Under the pieces are notes generated by a model that ran no database searches, was not told where the DNA came from, and saw only the letters and a program-made list of their open reading frames with translations. The position numbers were made by a program, and so were the translations under genes. 64,000 nt of DNA from an uncultured Hyphomicrobiales bacterium (lineage in GTDB: Bacteria > Bacteroidota > Ignavibacteria > Kapaibacteriales > UBA2268), in contig CAZGCT010000001.1 in NCBI GenBank assembly GCA_964524325.1, positions 172,164 to 236,163 of the forward strand, read 5' to 3'. Shown here one piece after another: positions 61,459-64,000 of the stretch; the stretch's first letter is position 1, and every line of letters begins with the position of its first letter.

Positions 61459-62166
61459 TTAAAATTTGTACTTAAAAGCTCGTCGTGTCTCGGTGCTAAG
61501 CAATAAAATTAAGTTTGGAGGAGCAAAAGTACCCGATACAATCTCTGGTGCAAAAAAGGTAAGAGTTTTAATTTCTTTGAAATCGAGTGTCATGTCGAAA
61601 ATTCTGATTCTTTTTCTTTTGTTATCAACAAAGTATAAATATTTTGAGTTTTGGAATGAGCAATCTACCGATTTAACATTGTTTATCTTGCTTGCTTTTA
61701 TTTTGTTATAATTAATTGGATTTAAGTGAAATATAAAAACGGTATTTTTTTTGAGAACAACAGCATCGAAAGTTTTTTTTATTGGGTTAAAGTAAATACC
61801 TTTTATTTCTGAAAATTTTGAATTAAATCTGGAAAGAGGTTGCTTTTCCTTGATTTCAAGATTCCTCTTGTCAATTTTAAGAATATCTTTTTGGGATACG
61901 ACAAATATAAAAAACTCATCTACAAAAAGATGTGATAATATAAGATTGTCAAATTTTTTTGCAAAGATTATTTTGAAGCTTGTATCGCTTTTTGCTAAAA
62001 TTCCTTCTTGGGTGGCAAAGTAAAAAGCCGTGTCGAAGATTGAATAAAAAATTCCAGATGTCTTTGCATATTCAATCTTTCTAGCCTCTATCTCTTGCAA
62101 CCTATAAGAACTTGTGTCGTTGCAAGCAAAGAGTAAAATGAAAGCTGCCAGTAAATGAAGTTTCAT
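61459..62166 (-). CDS. hypothetical lipoprotein
   Basis: The lipobox LFAC follows the signal peptide. No other motif is present. Confidence 0.45.
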   Translation of the reverse strand: MKLHLLAAFILLFACNDTSSYRLQEIEARKIEYAKTSGIFYSIFDTAFYFATQEGILAKSDTSFKIIFAKKFDNLILSHLFVDEFFIFVVSQKDILKIDKRNLEIKEKQPLSRFNSKFSEIKGIYFNPIKKTFDAVVLKKNTVFIFHLNPINYNKIKASKINNVKSVDCSFQNSKYLYFVDNKRKRIRIFDMTLDFKEIKTLTFFAPEIVSGTFAPPNLILLLSTETRRAFKYKF

Positions 62167-62942
62167 TTGTTATCAAGATAGTATTTATATAGTACTATTC
62201 CAACAGAAATTCCAAGGTTCAAAGAATCAATGTTTCCCTCACCTTCGATTTTGAACATTTCGTCGCATAATTTTAGTATTTCCGGGGAAATCCCTCGCGC
62301 TTCGTTTCCAAAAATTAATATTGAATTTTTGGGTAATTTTAATTTGCTAAGCAGCATATTTGCATCCAATGTTGCTGCGAAAATCCTGGTATCTCTTTTA
62401 TGATCCACAATAAAATTAGCGAGATTTTCCTTTTGTAAAACATTCACACGAAAGAATGCTCCCATAGATCCACGAATTACTTTTGGATTGTATTTTTCTA
62501 CAGAATCAGGGGACGTAACTAACGTTTTAACTCCAAACCAGTCGGCAGTCCGTATTATTGTTCCAAAATTCCCCGGATCGCTTATTCCGTCGAGCAACAC
62601 TATTGGATATTCAATTTGTTTAGGATTAGAGTCAGACTTTGCAATAGCGATTATGTCCTGCGGAGTTTCTGTTTCACATAATTGTATGAATTGCTGTTGT
62701 CTTGCAACGTATACATCCACTCCTCTTGAAAAGAATTTCTGGGCAAGCTTCTTGCTTAATTCTTTTGCAGAATTTTCGATGACTACTAATTCAGTTGGGT
62801 AATTCGACTGGATAAGTTCCTCGCAAAGTTTATACCCTTCGGCAATGAACAATCCAGTTTCTTTACGCTTTTTTTTATCTTTAAGCGACAAGATAAACTT
62901 TTTTAAGTTATTACTGAGAGGTTTGAACTTAATTGCCAACAT
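62163..62942 (-). CDS. SpoU/TrmH-family RNA 2'-O-methyltransferase
   Basis: A SPOUT fold with the C-terminal motifs LLDGISDPGNFGTIIRTA and ILIFGNEARGIS is present. Confidence 0.75.
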   Translation of the reverse strand: MLAIKFKPLSNNLKKFILSLKDKKKRKETGLFIAEGYKLCEELIQSNYPTELVVIENSAKELSKKLAQKFFSRGVDVYVARQQQFIQLCETETPQDIIAIAKSDSNPKQIEYPIVLLDGISDPGNFGTIIRTADWFGVKTLVTSPDSVEKYNPKVIRGSMGAFFRVNVLQKENLANFIVDHKRDTRIFAATLDANMLLSKLKLPKNSILIFGNEARGISPEILKLCDEMFKIEGEGNIDSLNLGISVGIVLYKYYLDNK

Positions 62943-63810
62943 TTTTGTATTCTATTGGTTTCTTCGAAAATAAATATAGTGATAATTCAGCTGAGAAGAG
63001 AATAATAAAAAATAAATAATAAATCCAAATTAATATGGATACCAACAATGCATATGTTCCATAGAATTTACTGTAGTTCGCAAAGTAAATAAGGTAAAGG
63101 GAAAATGCCTGTCTTGCAAACTCTCCAAGTAGTGTACATATTAAACTCGAGGTTAGTACAATCTTGAGAGATATTTTAGAACTTGGGATAAATTTGTATA
63201 TAAAGAAGAAGACGATGAAATAAAGAACAATCCAAATTATTTGCTTAGTGATTTTCGAGATGATTAATGCAATGTCTTGTGGAAGAATATTAATGAAGGT
63301 TTTACTAATAATTGTAACTAAAGGCATTGCATAAGTGAGCAAAAGAATAAATATTGTTAAAATTAGAGTAAGTAAAATATCTTTTAATTTGTAAAAAACA
63401 AATATTTTTTTAGATTTAACCTCGAAAACTACATTTAGACTATTTCTTAAAGTACTAAAAACTGTAGAAGATAACCAAAGCAATGTGACAATTCCAATCC
63501 AACCAGCGTATTTGCTAACTGAAAAAATATTATTGATTTCCAAAAGCAAATTGCTTATGAAATAATAACTTCCTTCAGTTTCCGGCAAAAAAGAGAACAA
63601 AAGATTAGAAATTAATTCTGTAAAGTTACTCTTATCCAAGAACAATGTTGCAATAAAAATTCCTACAAGTATCAGGGGAATTACGTAAAGGAGAGTATTA
63701 AATGAAATAGCCGCAGAGAGCAGAAAGATATGGTGATTTTCTATTTTGTCGATGAACCTTACAACAAATTGATAAGAATCTCGGATAAAATTTGGAATTT
63801 TAATTTTCAA
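62929..63810 (-). CDS. YihY/BrkB-family membrane protein
   Basis: The protein has 6 TM helices with the YihY-like pattern. It uses a TTG start. Confidence 0.65.
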   Translation of the reverse strand: MKIKIPNFIRDSYQFVVRFIDKIENHHIFLLSAAISFNTLLYVIPLILVGIFIATLFLDKSNFTELISNLLFSFLPETEGSYYFISNLLLEINNIFSVSKYAGWIGIVTLLWLSSTVFSTLRNSLNVVFEVKSKKIFVFYKLKDILLTLILTIFILLLTYAMPLVTIISKTFINILPQDIALIISKITKQIIWIVLYFIVFFFIYKFIPSSKISLKIVLTSSLICTLLGEFARQAFSLYLIYFANYSKFYGTYALLVSILIWIYYLFFIILFSAELSLYLFSKKPIEYKNVGN

Positions 63811-64000
63811 TATAGTGCGACCCTCGACTTACTTTATCTTCTATTGTGGCATTTGTAACAGCAATTGCTGTGATAATACCATTTCGCAATTGAAGAATAT
63901 CTTTGTTCATTTTTGCCTTTTGATAAAAATGTTCGATTTCCGTTTGTAGGTGACGCAAAATCGTTGTTGCTCTCATAAGCCTTTGTCGGGTTCGAACTAA
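63800..64000 (-). CDS. partial CDS (C-terminal 66 codons of a gene continuing beyond the window edge)
   Basis: An open minus-strand frame runs from the window edge and ends at a TAA at 63800-63802. It overlaps the downstream gene start by 11 nt. Confidence 0.3.
   Translation of the reverse strand, partial: LVRTRQRLMRATTILRHLQTEIEHFYQKAKMNKDILQLRNGIITAIAVTNATIEDKVSRGSHYIEN

Noticed and set aside
63975-64000. tRNA-like T-arm sequence GTCGGGTTCGAAC at the very end of the window
   Set aside because: No acceptor, D-arm or anticodon-arm pairing can be built from the preceding 70 nt. The stretch lies inside an open minus-strand coding frame that runs off the window edge. It is most likely a chance match.
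1-64000. CRISPR arrays, IS elements, integrases, tRNA or rRNA genes
   Set aside because: No direct-repeat/spacer periodicity, transposase or integrase-like ORF, or rRNA/tRNA-like conserved block was seen on either strand.

Overview
This is an AT-rich chromosomal fragment that looks like an FCB-group bacterium (Bacteroidota/Ignavibacteriota-like). The pointers are bshC for bacillithiol, an ACIII plus caa3 respiratory chain, Wza/Wzi-type export genes, and frequent strong GGAGG Shine-Dalgarno sites, which do not fit classical Bacteroidia. No rRNA, clear tRNA, CRISPR array or mobile element was found; the window is almost entirely protein-coding. All functional calls rest on motif-level reading of the translations, and no database search was run.

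Three gene neighbourhoods stand out.

1. Sulfur-metabolism module on the minus strand (14030-19305). The order is sat, a 141-aa unknown, dsrC, a NarI-like membrane cytochrome b (dsrM-like), and an HdrD/DsrK-like CCG Fe-S protein. The DsrC homologue has both C-terminal cysteines (C-X10-C-V). A 14-bp perfect hairpin sits between dsrC and dsrM. No dsrAB or aprAB is present in the window.

2. A plus-strand operon (41943-45996). It encodes an octaheme c-type cytochrome with eight CxxCH motifs and a TM segment at each end. This is translationally coupled to a cytochrome b561/HydC-family membrane subunit. Two half-size YeeE/YedE sulfur-compound transporter genes follow, the second fused to a rhodanese-like domain with no active-site Cys. 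Immediately upstream lies a divergent minus-strand unit: a membrane-anchored rhodanese, overlapping a PspF-like sigma-54 activator that lacks a sensor domain, then the heme chaperone HemW. This composite is my best candidate for an undescribed quinol-linked sulfur (thiosulfate, tetrathionate or sulfite) redox system.

3. A roughly 15-kb, single-strand respiratory supercluster (46081-61080). The order is actA, actB, actC, an actD-actE fusion, actF, a monoheme cytochrome c, sco, coxA, coxC, coxD, coxB (caa3-type), ctaB, and an unusual 12-TM membrane protein with a C-terminal class-I cytochrome c domain.

The remainder is housekeeping or polysaccharide-related: pfkA, thpR, a methionine gamma-lyase-like enzyme, an aldehyde dehydrogenase, radC, an EPS export cluster (sugar transferase, GT2, Wzi-like, Wza-like), gmk, bshC, aat, queA, hrcA, manC, hutI, a class-III aminotransferase, panB, and trmH-like and YihY-like genes. 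Several intrinsic terminators are visible, including one at 34394-34426 and a bidirectional one at 31200-31241.
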